A stretch of DNA of 64,000 nt from Eledone cirrhosa (GCA_964016885.1 OZ024748.1:9858001-9922000), one strand, 5' to 3'. Counted from the first letter of the stretch, positions 25,951 through 38,805 are shown. Notes: generated by a model from the sequence alone, not told the origin. A program made the numbers and translations.

Positions 25951-26020
25951 GTCATTGTCATCATCATTGTTGTTTTATGGACCCTAAATGTTGACAAAGG
26001 AGAGATACAAAATAACAAAT

Positions 26021-26056
26021 TAGTCACTGAGGAGGTCACAGAATCTGTGATGAAAG
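26021..26056 (+). ncRNA. Truncated hammerhead motif (5' two-thirds)
   Basis: tagtca-CTGAGGA-G-GTCACAG-aat-CTGTGAT-GAAA-G, then a LINE fragment; same family as 56956. Confidence 0.6.
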
Positions 26057-26412
26057 AGTACCCTTTTGACTTCCATGTGTCTAACACACGTGGACATGCC
26101 AACAAAGTCAGAAAGCAGCACAGCTCCCATGACTTTCAGAAACATTTTTTCACGCTCAACGTTGCTGAAGCATGGAACAAATTACCTGCATCAGTTATTA
26201 GCTGTCGAGACACTGCATCCTTTAAAACCTGCATGCTTCCTGAGATTCGCCAACACTACACCTAATATTACCCCTCCATACACACGCACACATGTATATC
26301 ATGACTCATACACTATTGACTTCCCTGACATTTGTATATTATATATGCACTTTTGATGAGTTGTAGTGCACCTGAGCACTGTACACAATAATTTCATTAT
26401 GATCATTATTAT
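26056..26412 (+). mobile_element. CR1-like LINE 3' end
   Basis: NTRGH..K, FFT.RV..AWNKLP motif; (ATT)n tail; homologous to 33040-33575. Confidence 0.85.
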
Positions 26413-26489
26413 TTAAACTGCATAATATAATGAAAATTATCTTAAACAATCAATAAAGAACTAAGAAATAGTTTTCGAAGAATATTTAC

Positions 26490-26640
26490 CAAAGACTGGA
26501 ACAAATCATTGACACGTTCTTGAGAAAAATCAGGATAAATGTCTTCCGTATTAAACAGAGGTTCTGGGATTATTGCAGGCACCGTAACCAGATCTGTAAA
26601 ATCATCTTCTTCTTCTAGATTCTCAAACTTCTTCAGTGCC
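26490..26640 (-). CDS. RHPN2: Rhophilin exon 13 (ALKKFENLEEEDDFTDLV...PDFSQERVNDLFQSL)
   Basis: taccag/gtaaat, phase 2-0, EEDD and P.FS...V.D.F..L motifs. Confidence 0.93.
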
Positions 26641-27340
26641 CTGGTAGGATGGATATATTTATAGAAGAGATAAATGTCATTAGAAGCAGGTAGAATGGCA
26701 AAATTAGTAGAGCATGACAAGATTCTGTGTCCAGTATCAAGGAAGGACCTGCATTCAGACTCTTTGTTTCGTGCATAAACTTGCAACACCTTCAGAAACC
26801 TATCTTTGAGCTTAAGCTTCAAGAAGCCAATCATCCCTCCTCGGCAGATCTGTTCTGCTAGAGAATGGGTCACAGGTGCCGAATAACGATACAGCCACTA
26901 GATATGATGATTAGTTGTGATATAAGCGGGCAACTGCTGGACGAATATGCAGCCCTGGACCAACAATGGGTGACACCTGTAGTTCCCAAGGAAACCCTCA
27001 CAACCCAGTCACATAGCTATGATGAGATGAGTAAAGGCTGCCTATATAAAAGCCTAGTTTTCATGGGTTTGAAAAAGTACCTGATTGGTGACTGGTGCAA
27101 ATAAGACCACCAAAACTGTAATTTAGGGAAAGGTAAGAAAAAGAATCATACCACATGATCCTTCATACGAGTTAACAAAGGACACATTCAGGACTTAGGT
27201 AGAGGGGCTTGTTTGAGATGGGCCTGCGACCTCTTCTGGGAGGCTGGGGTGGATACACAAAGATTGCATATCCCGAGACCCCAAATAGGGAAAAAAGCAA
27301 ACATTGACAATTCAGACATTACTCATTTCTGTTTACATAC

Positions 27341-27461
27341 TTTTCATAGGTTTGACGTAATACTCCTTGAAACAAATCTATCTTGCGCAGTTGTCTACAT
27401 AAATCATGAGTGTTTAGCGCGTCCTCCAGTAACACAATACTCTCGCGATAGTGAGCTTTGC
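27341..27461 (-). CDS. RHPN2: Rhophilin exon 12 (GKAHYRESIVLLEDALNTHDLCRQLRKIDLFQGVLRQTYE)
   Basis: tttgcag/gtatgt, phase 1-2, LC..LR.I motif. Confidence 0.93.
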
Positions 27462-28346
27462 CTGCAAATGTAAAGGATAGCATTCAAAACAGATTGATAA
27501 TATAGCTAGGAATATTTAGTAATCAAGAATGCATTTGAGTCTCACATCATCCCTGAATGCAGTGCCAGGGACTGGCTCACACACCTCTGTTCAGATGGTT
27601 ACAGCCTTGAAGATTGACATTGTGCAGGGTGTCCATCTAATATATAAACTCAGTTCTCTATTACATACATATACAAATGCATGCATATTCATTCAGTTAT
27701 CCATATATACATACATACACACTCAGTTTTCTATGCATACTCAAATAGACACATTTTCATTGTTCTTTATTTAGCCTCATACACACCCATAAACATTCAT
27801 CTCTTTGTCACCTTCCTAGTCTCACACATATTTTCTTTCTCTCTCCTAGAATCTGTCACACAGGTTTCAACACTTATACTCACACATACACAAGTGCATT
27901 TTCCCTATCTCTCTGTCTCTTCGTTTATTTGCATGTGTGTGTGTGTGTGTGTGTCTTTCTCTGTCTGTTTCTTCCCCTTTCTTCAACATACACATCACAT
28001 AGATGATATAGAAGTAACTGCCTGAAACCACCCCTGGTTCCATATTATAAAACTGTTTGTTTTGAAGTGTTCGTATTTATCTAAAAATCTTCAATCAATC
28101 ATAATTTTAAGTAAGAACCTTTATGTTATGTTCCAAACCCCAGCTTAAGAATGAGAAAATTAGTCCTATTACTAAATCTCTCCAAAGTTTTGATTATGTT
28201 CAACATGATTTGAAAATCATAGGCAATGATTTTCATTAGAAATATGGTAATGAATGGGTTTTAAAAAAAGACACATAAAACCTCATACACTGTCCAACAT
28301 GAAATTATTATTAGACTGACCAATACTCAAAGAATTCCTAAAGTAC

Positions 28347-28466
28347 CTTGAATCGTTCTCTTTTCTGAATTGAAAGGTAAAGTAGTTGCCATGTCTTGGA
28401 AGTCTGATGATGATGCAATGTCTAGAACCTTCACCAATTGTTGTAGTTTGTCCACATCATCGCTAT
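28347..28466 (-). CDS. RHPN2: Rhophilin exon 11 (SDDVDKLQQLVKVLDIASSSDFQDMATTLPFNSEKRTIQ)
   Basis: atttcag/gtactt, phase 1-1, fills the poorly conserved linker before G-K-x-H. Confidence 0.82.
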
Positions 28467-29119
28467 CTGAAATTACACAAAAATTGAAAAACCTTGCCAT
28501 CAACTGTCTACATCACGGGATACAGCCAACAAGATCACTGGACCTGCTAGAAATAGCAGCTACCTGTTGCTCAAATTATCCTTTACTCTCTTCAGAAAAG
28601 GAAGGACATCCAGTATGTTTCTATATGGCTGTGAGAGCAACAAGCATACTTAAGTTGGAATATTTTTAACACTTTTGCCTTTACCCAATTCTTCATGGAT
28701 TTTGTCGTCATTGCTGGATCAATTATCTCCAAGAAATTCTACTCCATTGATTTGATCTCAGTCTTTGTCATCCACCATGTGAGCTCATCCATGCCACCAC
28801 AACCCTTCTCAATGACAAGGTGGACAGTTGAAAATATAGATTGGTACAATCAAGGTGGATCTTAGGCTAATATCTGGTCCTCATTGGAACCATGACTGGC
28901 TGACGATATCAATGTCAGCTGTCTGAGATCACTGTAGATGGGCGGCCTGTGTTTTTAATGTATTGATGTTACCTAGCTCAACTCATCCTCGGTGAATGTA
29001 AAAATCACTAAAGTAGAGTGGTGGAAGATCCATCCAACCTATGCAAGCATGGAACAGCAGATATAAACTAATGGTAATAATATGTGTATGTATGTATGTA
29101 TGTATGTATGATAACTCAC

Positions 29120-29276
29120 CGTCTTGTTCCATCAAAGCTAATGCTATATAGTAATGGGCCAAAGCTTTGTAGAACTGACTTTTCACTTGTAACATTGAAA
29201 TCCAAGAGAATGGTACATATGTTTTAACTGGTTCCACTGATATCATATGGTGGGCCTCAGAATAGGAAATAGAAAC
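29120..29276 (-). CDS. RHPN2: Rhophilin exon 10 (VSISYSEAHHM...VPFSWISMLQVKSQFYKALAHYYIALALMEQD)
   Basis: ttttcag/gtgagt, phase 0-1. Confidence 0.94.
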
Positions 29277-29993
29277 CTGAAAAAACAAAAACAAAAATAT
29301 GGAAAGAAAAAAAAATACAAATATAACAGCCATTACATAACATATTTGTGTTTTCTTCCTCCCTCCTCTCCCCTACCCCTTGGTCCCCTCCCCAACCATA
29401 TCTTTCTTTTATTTTTATACCTTCCTTCTGTTTATCCCTTCTCATATCCTCTCCATTCTGCCTACACCTTCACTAAAAGCCACCTTCCCCACATTTAAAA
29501 ACAAAATCAACTGTAACAACAGTTGATTCTATAAATAATAGCAATAAAAATACCACAGGAGAGAGAAAATTATGATCTGCATTCACAATGGAATTTGATT
29601 CTTAAAAGCAGCTCCTGGTCCCTTTTTTCTGTCTTTGGAGGTATTTTACTGGATTTTCTACAATTTCTGTGTCTGGGATTCCAACATTTCATATCACCCA
29701 GTGTTTCAATAAATCATCAAATTTGTTTACTTTTGGCTCTAGCCACAAACTGCTTCATATTGGATGGAATGGCTAGTCTATTGCTTCTGAGCATAATGGT
29801 TAACATGCTTGAGAGATATATAGAAAAGTTGTTTCATATAAGTTGTTCTATACCTTTGTATTTCAGATGGAATAAGTTGTCAAAGTATGTTTAGCTAGAT
29901 CACTCAGCCAGAATTTGAGGGATTCAGAGTTTGATTCTCCATGGTGGCACACACGCACACAGACAGACATGCACACACAGACAATGAAATTAC

Positions 29994-30089
29994 CTTTGAT
30001 GCCATTGTGGCCACCTTTACCTGGTTCAACAAACCAGCTGGTATACCTTGTAAGTTGAACTTCTCATAAATACATTCCTGTGATTGAGC
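29994..30089 (-). CDS. RHPN2: Rhophilin exon 9 (AQSQECIYEKFNLQGIPAGLLNQVKVATMASK)
   Basis: tttgtag/gtaatt, AQ.QE...EK motif. Confidence 0.94.
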
Positions 30090-30353
30090 CTACAAAAATA
30101 ATACAGACAGATATAAACTACTAAACGTTATTGTGTATGGTGGGTAGAATAGGTGTTGTTGTTGTTAGTGCTGTTGTTAGCATTGTTGTCGTTAGTGCTG
30201 TTGTTGTTGTTAGCATTCTTGTTAGTGTTGCTGGTGGTGGTGGGGTGTGTGGCGATATTGTTGTTGTTGTTGGTATGGGTGGGGGCATAGCAATATTGCT
30301 GTTGTGGTTGGTGGTGATGGTGTTGTTGTGTTGTAGTGTGAAATTTGTGTTAC

Positions 30354-30503
30354 CTTCATCAGTTTAATCAACATATGCAGTGTATTAGGCTGCATGTCCA
30401 TACTTGGAGCATTACTGAAGTAAGTGACAAGGTACTGGAAACAACCAGCTGCTTTCTGGAAGTTTTCAATGGCAGCATTCACTCCACTTAATGACTTACG
30501 GTC
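30354..30503 (-). CDS. RHPN2: Rhophilin exon 8 (DRKSLSGVNAAIENFQKAAGCFQYL...MLIKLMK)
   Basis: ttttcag/gtaaca, 150 nt, FQ.AAG and PS.DM motifs. Confidence 0.95.
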
Positions 30504-30657
30504 CTGAAAACAAAATGACAAACTGTTAACAAATGAATTAATTAGAAACTGTTTTACAGAGTAGCAGAAATGATAAATAGAGTATATATATATTATGGCT
30601 AAAAAGTGAGTCTTGTTATTCTGGAGTTTCACATACTGGCTCACAGGGCTGTCAGGT

Positions 30658-30707
30658 TCTTGTCTGATGACCCCTAAAAGCAAACGGGGAACTCCAGAGT
30701 AACAAGA
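30658..30707 (+). ncRNA. Hammerhead ribozyme motif with one lesion in the GAAA core
   Basis: tcttgt-CTGATGA-CCC...GGG-GAA-CTCCAGAG-TA-acaaga; perfect 6-bp stem I. Confidence 0.65.
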
Positions 30708-30783
30708 CTCCCTTTTTAGCCATAATATAAGAATATTTAAACGTTACTTCAGTATTGAGTACTCTTTTCTTTCGTCTGTCAAT

Positions 30784-30820
<37 letters not shown>

Positions 30821-30824
30821 ATTG

Positions 30825-31010
30825 TTTCTACTTTAGGCGCAAGGCCAGCAATTATCCAGTGCATTACTGGTACTTTATTTTATCGACCCCGTAAGGATGA
30901 AAGGCAAAGTCAACCTCGGTGGGATTTGAACTCAGATCGTAAAGGGACGTAACTATGCTGGAAAGCATGGCGTCAGACCCTCTACTGATACTGCCAATCC
31001 ACCGCCATAT
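30825..31010 (-). mobile_element. Most complete Meta-domain SINE copy
   Basis: Includes the A-box-like 5' head (tggcggtggattggcag) and the B-box. Confidence 0.82.
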
Positions 31011-31296
31011 ATATATATAATAATGATAATATATAAGAGAATCCTATTTATTGTATAATATGTATTCCAGCGTAAAGCCGTTATGCAATCATTACAACAG
31101 CAACTGGCACAATTATGTGAAGAAATTTGGGTAAGTTGATATCCCACTGGCTTTCATGTTAGTGAATGTCCAGTTAAGATATGTTTACTAGACTTTCACA
31201 AACATGGGGGTTTATTTGATCAACTTTCCCCTTCTCATCATATTGCTGGTATTGTGCCAAAACTAGAAACATTTATCATTGTTATTATTATTTTAC

Positions 31297-31405
31297 CTGT
31301 TTACATGCAATCTGTGTGTACAAGGCCCCGATGTTGAACAAAATGCTTCCTTTCTCAAAACCAATAGTTCTTTGATAATATGGCACGCCAGTTAGGGAGT
31401 CGTAC
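31297..31405 (-). CDS. RHPN2: Rhophilin exon 7 (WYDSLTGVPYYQRTIGFEKGSILFNIGALYTQIACKQ)
   Basis: accag/gtaaaa, phase 2-0, BRO1 WYDSLTG and EK.S.LFN.GALYTQI motifs. Confidence 0.95.
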
Positions 31406-31611
31406 CTGGTGTATATATATAGAGAGAGAAATGTATGAATATATATATACATATTTTGTTTGTATATATATACATGTGTGGTACATATACAAACAACATA
31501 TGTATATTTGACATATGTACCAATGTATATTTTATATATGTACCAATGTATATTTTATATATGTACCAGAGTGTATTTCAGATGTACCTATGAGAAATTA
31601 TTAATACTTAC

Positions 31612-31736
31612 CAATGGAAATAAACACCAAGATTTCTCTCTGGTGGATAAAATCTTCTTTCCAGACATGTGAGATAATTATAGTAAGTCATTAGTTCTGC
31701 CACACCCGATTCACTACGTTCAGGTACACGGATACT
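31612..31736 (-). CDS. RHPN2: Rhophilin exon 6 (SIRVPERSESGVAELMTYYNYLTCLERRFYPPERNLGVYFH)
   Basis: atgtag/gtaagt, phase 0-2. Confidence 0.94.
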
Positions 31737-31779
31737 CTACATAGGAATATACACAGTAACAGCAGCAGTAATTAACAAC

Positions 31780-32880
31780 AACAGTAGTAATTAACAATAA
31801 CAACAGCAAATAACTCTTTAAATATCAAACTAGTTGAAACTGCACCTGGTTCTATGATACAACATCTCTTGGTACCATTGGTATAAGGTCTGTACCTCTC
31901 AAATATTTTCAAAGTAATCTTAAAGGACTCTTTTCTCCTTTAATTGCCAGACTATTTTTGCCAGGGCCATATCAGGATTCCTGAAGGAGCGGAGATCCAA
32001 GTAAAAATGTTGTTTAAAAAGATCTTGCACCATACCAATGTATCTTTCACTAACTTCAGAATTTTCTGTGTTGTGTGTAATTTCTGCCTCATACACAATG
32101 GATTTCAAAGCACATTTCTGTTGGAGAGAGCAGTTCTCTTTAATCCTACCAGAGCAGCTTGGATTAATGTTGGCTATATTTTTTGCTGTAATTTTTGATC
32201 TCATAGACAGCCAATATGAATAGGATAGCTTGACGGAATTGTGATTGAAGATTTTACTGTATCTATGTTGTGATGGGAAATGCCTATTAAATCTAAAAAC
32301 TTCTTAACTGCATCAGTATTTACTTTAACGGAAGGGAGTGAAGCAGATAATTCTTCTTTTTCTGTTAGCATTTTTAGTATGGTTGGGTTTGTACTTAATT
32401 TTGTCCTTAAAACACTATCTATGAGGGCTCAGTTGTAGTATGGCGCAGCCTTACTGATTCTCTCCTTGGTTGTTGATAGATTTGAGATCCTACGACTAAA
32501 ATTAGAAACTAGGTTTTTAAAAATAGAGGTGAGGTGGCATTAGGCTTTATTAATATATTTAAATTTTTCATAAGGTTTATGGTATGTTTTATACGAAGCT
32601 GTGGTTAGGTCTAAGTTTACATCAAGGAAATTTACATTAGTAAAGTTTGTATCTTGTATAATTTTAAGTCTTAATGTATGAAAGGTACCAATTAAATTTT
32701 TACAATCATGTGAAAATACCACCGTCTCCTGCAAACTCTACTTCATTATTGAGTATTCTTTCTCACGTCCAGCAATACTACACACATATTTCCATGCTGG
32801 AAAACACTTTGAAGAGATTTAACATATCAACCCGGACAAGTCTGGTAGATATTTGATCAATCTCTATTTTGAGATAATGA
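31780..32880 (-). mobile_element. Penelope-like element fragment (RT thumb plus GIY-YIG endonuclease)
   Basis: NFLDVNLDL...YHKP; C...C.L..KC..KSIVYEA...RYIGM....FK; frameshifted. Confidence 0.88.
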
Positions 32881-32940
32881 CTGAAACAAGTAAAATAATA
32901 CAGATATACAGTGTTAGATGTTTTAAAAAGAGGTACTTAC

Positions 32941-33018
32941 CTGCCTAAATTGCATCAGTTGTTCAATGCAAGGTGTATAGAAATGACCATCTTCACTATA
33001 ATGTTCAAGGATAAAGTC
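32941..33018 (-). CDS. RHPN2: Rhophilin exon 5 (DFILEHYSEDGHFYTPCIEQLMQFRQ)
   Basis: tatttag/gtaagt, phase 0-0, DFILEHYSEDG motif. Confidence 0.95.
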
Positions 33019-33039
33019 CTAAATAAGAACAAAACAAGA

Positions 33040-33575
33040 CAGTGATATCACCAGTCTGGAACCCCTATCTTGCTCAGAACATTGACCGCCTGGAAACTGT
33101 TCAGAGACGTGCAACCAAGCGAATACCCTCCATCAGGCATCTACCATACTCTGAGCGCCTTGCTTCCCTGGGCATGGATTCATTGAAGCTCCGACGTCTG
33201 GCAACTGACTTGGTAAACACCCACAAAATTGTTAACCATCTTGCCAACAACAGCCCTGAGTACCTTTTCGATTTCCATGTGTCTAACACACGTGGACATG
33301 CCCACAAAGTAAGAAAACAGCACAGTTCCCATGACTTTCGGAAACATTTTTTCACGCTCAGAGTTGCTGAAGCATGGAACAAACTACCTGCATCAGTTGT
33401 TAGCTGTCGAGACACTGCATCCTTTAAAACTCCATGCTTCCCGAGATCCGCCAACAGAACAGCTAACACATACACACATGTACTTCCCTGACATTTGTGT
33501 ATTATTCTATGTACTATATTGACGAGTTGTAGTGCACCTGAGCACTTTACACAATAATTTCATTATTATTATTAT
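33040..33575 (+). mobile_element. CR1-like LINE 3' fragment
   Basis: PVWNPY...LETVQRRATK..P....LPYSERL; begins about 20 nt from the exon 5 acceptor. Confidence 0.9.
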
Positions 33576-34538
33576 CACACACTCACTATGTGTAGTGAAC
33601 ATTTTTCTATATTTTTGTGTGTATCCTCGTTTTTACAATAGATACACTGTATCCCTGTGTGTCATAAGAGGCAACAAAAAAAGTGTTGCCATCAGGATGG
33701 ACATCTGACTATAATACATTGTTTCAAATATCCTGTATAATCTGGTAGGCTAGTCTCTCAGGGATGCCCCCCACTAATGAGAAATTAACTTATACTACAA
33801 AATTTGTGTTGCCACATGAAATGTCCTGTTGCTCCTTCACCCTGGGGTAGCCACTGTGTTGTCCCAAGAGCTATCCCACAATAACATCACCTTCACCCTG
33901 GGGTATCCACTCTGCTGTTGCAAGAGCTATCTAACTACAACACCACACTGGTGGGACTCTGTATGACACGCTGACTTGGCAGTGGTAAATTCATCGCAGG
34001 AGATCACTGCCTCATCTGGACGGGCCTCTGTGGCGTGGCACTGGCCAGAGATTATCCAAGGCTGGCTCCTGGGTATTTAGCACTGTGATGTAATTCTACA
34101 AAAGGCATCCCCTTCTCCCAGTTATCCATTCCATTCTTTCAAGTAAAATAATTTCAATTTACAGTTTGGCAAGCTGATTGATCTTGCTCTGCCCACACTT
34201 AGAAAATGACTAAGCCAGTAATTTCTACTATACAGTCTACTTTCACCCACACTAATACGTGACCCTCCTTCACTGCTTTGGATAATTACTCAACACTGGG
34301 GTAAAGCTGTTTAGTGATTGAAACAAATTATATATTTAAGTTAATTATAAGAATTTGTATACAAGTGTGAGCCATAGGTGTTAATGGTAACGCAGTTGGT
34401 GTTAATGGTAACACAGGCCCTGTATTAAAGTGTGATCCTTTAAGGTTCAGTAATGTGCATCTCTAAGATTTACATCATCAAAACTTGATAGTAGCACTGG
34501 GTTTGAGGTTATTGATAAAGATATTTCAGAAACATTAC

Positions 34539-34614
34539 CTGAATGGGAACTGTGAAGTCAACTTCTCTAGTTTCTTTCAGACCCAATGGGACCATTGGTA
34601 CAGAGTCAACACAG
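34539..34614 (-). CDS. RHPN2: Rhophilin exon 4 (CVDSVPMVPLGLKETREVDFTVPIQ), BRO1 start
   Basis: ttgcag/gtaatg, phase 2-0, PLGLKET..VDF motif. Confidence 0.95.
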
Positions 34615-34988
34615 CTGCAAGATAAAATGTGATATAAATATACATATATATTAAGCTCACTAATGACCATGATTTTGCACCTAGAAAATTTCCCTCCGAG
34701 GCACAAGCTTGAGCAAGATTTGTTTCTGGAAGACCAGCAGTCTCCCATGAAACCAGCCTCCCTTTTCCACACCACCGATGTTTTCCAAGGGAATGGTAAT
34801 GGCTGATACAGTTGGCACCAGTGATGTCACAACTCATCTCTACAGCTGAGTAAACTGGAGCAATGTGAAATAAAGTGTCTTGCTCAAGAACAATACATCA
34901 CCCAGTCTGAGAATCAACTCACAACTCTGAATTGCAAGTCCAACGCTCTAACCACTAAGGCGCATGAGAGAGAGGAGGTAGTACTTAC

Positions 34989-35117
34989 TTGGCATGTTGA
35001 TAAATATCAACTGAACTATTTAGTTCAGACAGTTCCTCTTTAAGAAGTTGTATATTTGAATTAAAGAAAGATAATTCAACAGCCACTAATTCTTTCAGTT
35101 TCTTATTTCCTGTCGCC
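34989..35117 (-). CDS. RHPN2: Rhophilin exon 3, HR1 (ATGNKKLKELVAVELSFFNSNIQLLKEELSELNSSVDIYQHA)
   Basis: tttgcag/gtaagt, phase 2-2, ELSFxNS.LQ.LKEEL motif. Confidence 0.95.
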
Positions 35118-35264
35118 CTGCAAACATCAAAGAAAGTAATTAATTATGCAGATTAATTTACATAAATTAATAAACAAACAAATAAATGAATGTTTAATTA
35201 TTTTGTTTTAAATTAATTGTCTACAGAAACTGGCAAAGTAACATAGTTTAAAACAGCTATTACC

Positions 35265-35850
35265 TATCATCATCATCTTTATGTTTGCTTTCCCATGCTT
35301 GCCTGGGTTGGATGCGTCCTCTTCAGCACAGCACTCTCCACTCACTGTGTTCCTTTGTCATCTTCTTTGTGAGATTGAGTGTGTTTGAAACCAGATCTCA
35401 CTACCACCACCCAAGATTTCCTTGGTCTTCCTCTACTGTGGCTTCCTTCCACTAGCATTTCTTGGCACTTCTTCTTCCAATGATTATTATCTATGCACAT
35501 CACATGTCCAACCCAATGCAGTCTTCTCTCCTGCACACCACCTTGAATTCCTCTTAAACCCAACTTCTGTTTCAACTCGTCCAAGCTCTGCCTTTCTCAC
35601 TTACATTGCTTATCCAACAAAACATGGTTGCTTCATTTCTCTCCAGTCTACGCATGTCCTCCACAGTCACAGCCCATGTTTCATACCATGTAGCATCGCA
35701 TTTCACACACAGGCATCATACATACGTCCTTTTGTTCATTGGGAGAAACAGTGGGAGTAACTCTCTTAACTTCTCCCATCCTATCCTTATTCCAGCTATT
35801 ATGCTTTCAGAGCACCTTCCTCTGTTGCTAATTACTTTACTTAGATAACA
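35265..35850 (-). mobile_element. RTE LINE 3' fragment
   Basis: ERRLHWVGHVM, RGRPRKSW. Confidence 0.88.
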
Positions 35851-35947
35851 GAAGTCGTAGTAATAATGATGATAATGGTGATGATGTTGGTGAACCCAGT
35901 ACCAGGAGTTCACCTGGTACAAATTGAACCACAGAAGACTCACCCAC

Positions 35948-36063
35948 CTGAAAAGATTCTCTGCTCCAGCTCTCAGCCGCAGTTCTTTGTCAATTTCATC
36001 ATTCAACTTTGACCTCCGGGTTTGTAGTTTTCCACGAGCTGTTTGCATCAGAGGATCAGCAAG
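35948..36063 (-). CDS. RHPN2: Rhophilin exon 2, HR1 Rho-binding domain start (LADPLMQTARGKLQTRRSKLNDEIDKELRLRAGAENLF)
   Basis: tttatag acceptor, AG/gtgggt donor. Matches vertebrate RHPN 'NPLAQTGRSKLQ...RMRTGAENLL' as recalled. Invertebrate RHPN1/2 co-orthologue. Confidence 0.93.
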
Positions 36064-36254
36064 CTATAAAATATTATTTATGAGTAAATAAAATAATTAA
36101 TTAGTGACACACATACAGACATATGGATATACAGACAGACACACAAATAAGCAATATATTCCTGAAAAGTACAAAACATCATGATGCTTCATATTAAAAA
36201 TTAAAATTCACAGTAAATGTCTCCGAGTAAAGATGCTACAAACATTTGAATTAG

Positions 36255-37232
36255 ATGGTTCTATAGAAATAGTGGTCACCTTCCGTTATCTGGGTGACAA
36301 AATCAGCAGTGGTGGAGGGTGCTCTGAAAGTACAGTAGCTAGAGTCAGAACGGGATGGAAAAAGTTCAGAGAGCTTATACCTCTATTGGCTGTTAAAAGT
36401 TTCTCTCTAAAAATGAAAGGCAGATTGTATGATGCCTGTATACGAACAGCAATGTTACATGGCAGTGAGACATGAGCTTTGTGTGCAGAGGATCTGCGCA
36501 CACTGGAGAGGAACGAAGCATGCATGCTCCGTTGGATGTGTAATAGTAATATACGTGAACAGCAAAGCATAAATGAACTAAGTGAGAAATTAGGAATAAG
36601 AGGGATCAGATGCTGTTTACTCAAGAGAAGACTACATTGGTATGGTCACGTGATGTGCATGAAAGACGACAGCTGTATAAAAAAGTGCAGGGCGATTAAA
36701 ATAGATGGAAGCTACGGAGTAGGTAGACCCAGAAAAACCTGGGACGATTTGATAAATTCCGACCTTACACACTTACACCTCTCCAAGACAATGTCTCTGG
36801 ACTGAGATCTTTGGCGCTACGCAGTAATACAGAAGACCCGCCTTGCCTAAGTACAAAAGCGAAACCTACAGTCAGTGGGCACCCCCATCCCACTATCCCT
36901 ACCCCCACACCCATCTACACCACCCCTTTCTCTGTAAAGTTATGTTGGTACCACATCATCCAGTCCTAAATAAATGAGGTCGTGTAGGTGTCACAACAAA
37001 AAAACACAGTCCACACTGTAATGTGGCCGTGTAGGTAACACGGTAAAAACCTCCCAGTCCACACTGTAAACGTGGTTGGTGTTAGGAAGGGCATCCAGCC
37101 GTAGAAAACCTGCCAGACAGTCCTATACGAGCAAGACAACCAATCTTGCCTCACGTGGGACAATACCCGTCTAAACCTATGCTAGCATGGAAGATAGACG
37201 TTAAACGATGATGATGATGATGATGTTGATGA
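36255..37232 (+). mobile_element. RTE LINE 3' fragment with UTR
   Basis: FRYLGD, KGRLYDACIRTAMLHGSET, RRLHWYGHV, (GAT)n tail. Confidence 0.92.
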
Positions 37233-37498
37233 AAACTGTTTTTAGATATGTTCTGCTAAAACATTATTGGATGTTAAGAGTTAAAGATATAAAATAGTGA
37301 AATAAACCTAACAAAGCATATTTTCCAATGTTTGATGATGAAAAGCACCCTGTCCACTCTGTAAAGTGGTAGTGGTGTTACCACGAGAAAAGTTCCCCTG
37401 AACACAATGTAAAATGGTGTGGCATTAGGAAGGGTATCCAATCATAGAAAACCAAGCCAAAAACAAATCCATATGGGCAAAACCTGGTCAGCCTCTTA

Positions 37499-37540
<42 letters not shown>

Positions 37541-37704
37541 ACCCATATGCACACCCAAACAACCAAGTGTGAATATGTGGGGGTGAGAAAAGTAAAGAAC
37601 TGAGGAAATAGGTTCCGATGTCTTAAAAGGTCAAACCTCTCGAAAGGTCAAATTTCATATCTTTCAAGGAAGTGAAGGCGGAAGGCTACTATATTGATAG
37701 CAAG

Positions 37705-38062
37705 TGGTATATGGGGGGGAGGGTGTGATGTATGGGGGTGGTGGTGGTAGGGTGCCGTATATGGAGCGGAGGGTGGGTTGTATGGGGGAGGTGGTGGAGG
37801 GTCTCCTGCATGAAGGTGAAGGTGGGATGTATGGAGGAGAGGGTGTGATGTATGGGGGGGTGCCGTATATGGAGCGGAGGGTGGGTTGTATGGGGGAGGT
37901 GGTGGAGGGTCTCCTGCATGAAGGTGAAGGTGGGATGTATGGAGGGGAGGGTGTGGTGTATGGGGGAGGTGGTCGTAGGGTGTTGAATATGGAGGTGGAG
38001 GGAGGGTGTCGTATATAGAGGTGGAGGTGGTGGGAGGGTGTCGTATATGGAAGGGAGGGTGT
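37705..38062. repeat. G-rich low-complexity repeat with a 108-bp tandem duplication
   Basis: gtgccgtatatggagcgg at 37752 and 37860. Confidence 0.9.
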
Positions 38063-38527
38063 GGAAACACAACTCACAATAATTGATTGATAATTACTTC
38101 AGAAAGCACCACACAATGCAGTAGAAATATAGTCACTCTACTATCTCAAGTATTGAGTACTCTGTTGAATAATTGTCTTGTTTGTTTAATACTGGTTTAA
38201 TCCTGATATATATGTGTGAGTGTGTGAAATATTTAAGCAGACACACACACATACACATGTATGTGTGTGTGTGTGTGTGTGTGTGTGCATGAATACACAC
38301 ATAACAATATAGACAAGGAAAAGTCCCTGAAATAACAGACAGCCTACCATCATCCTAAAGAGAGGAAGGAGCCTGGCTAATAATATAATCTGCTGCCCTA
38401 AAAATGTGGGATGTCACAGCTGTGATTATAGACCTGCTGAGGGATTACCTGGGGCTAAACAACAACAAATAAAGCAATGGAAGGAGATATGTAGAATAGA
38501 TGTGAAGGTCACAGTTTACAGCTAATT

Positions 38528-38566
<39 letters not shown>

Positions 38567-38805
38567 GTAATAGTAGTAGTAGTAGTAGTAGTAGTAGTAG
38601 CAGTGGTGGTGGTGCTTTCAAATACTTTATTAATCCATTACAAACACTAGTAAAAATATCACTTCCATAGTGACAATCTCTCTCTTTCTCTCTCTTTTCA
38701 CTTTTCTGCCTCAGGGAAGAGCTGAATTGAGGGTGGAGGGTGAGGTTGATAGGTGCAGTGTTTGTGTGAGGAGGAGAAGAGAGAAGGATGTCTAAAGATG
38801 TGTGT

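Noticed and set aside
37635-37695. Alternative rhophilin first exon (MKFDLSR...)
   Set aside because: Weak donor and no homology; phase does not clearly match exon 2.
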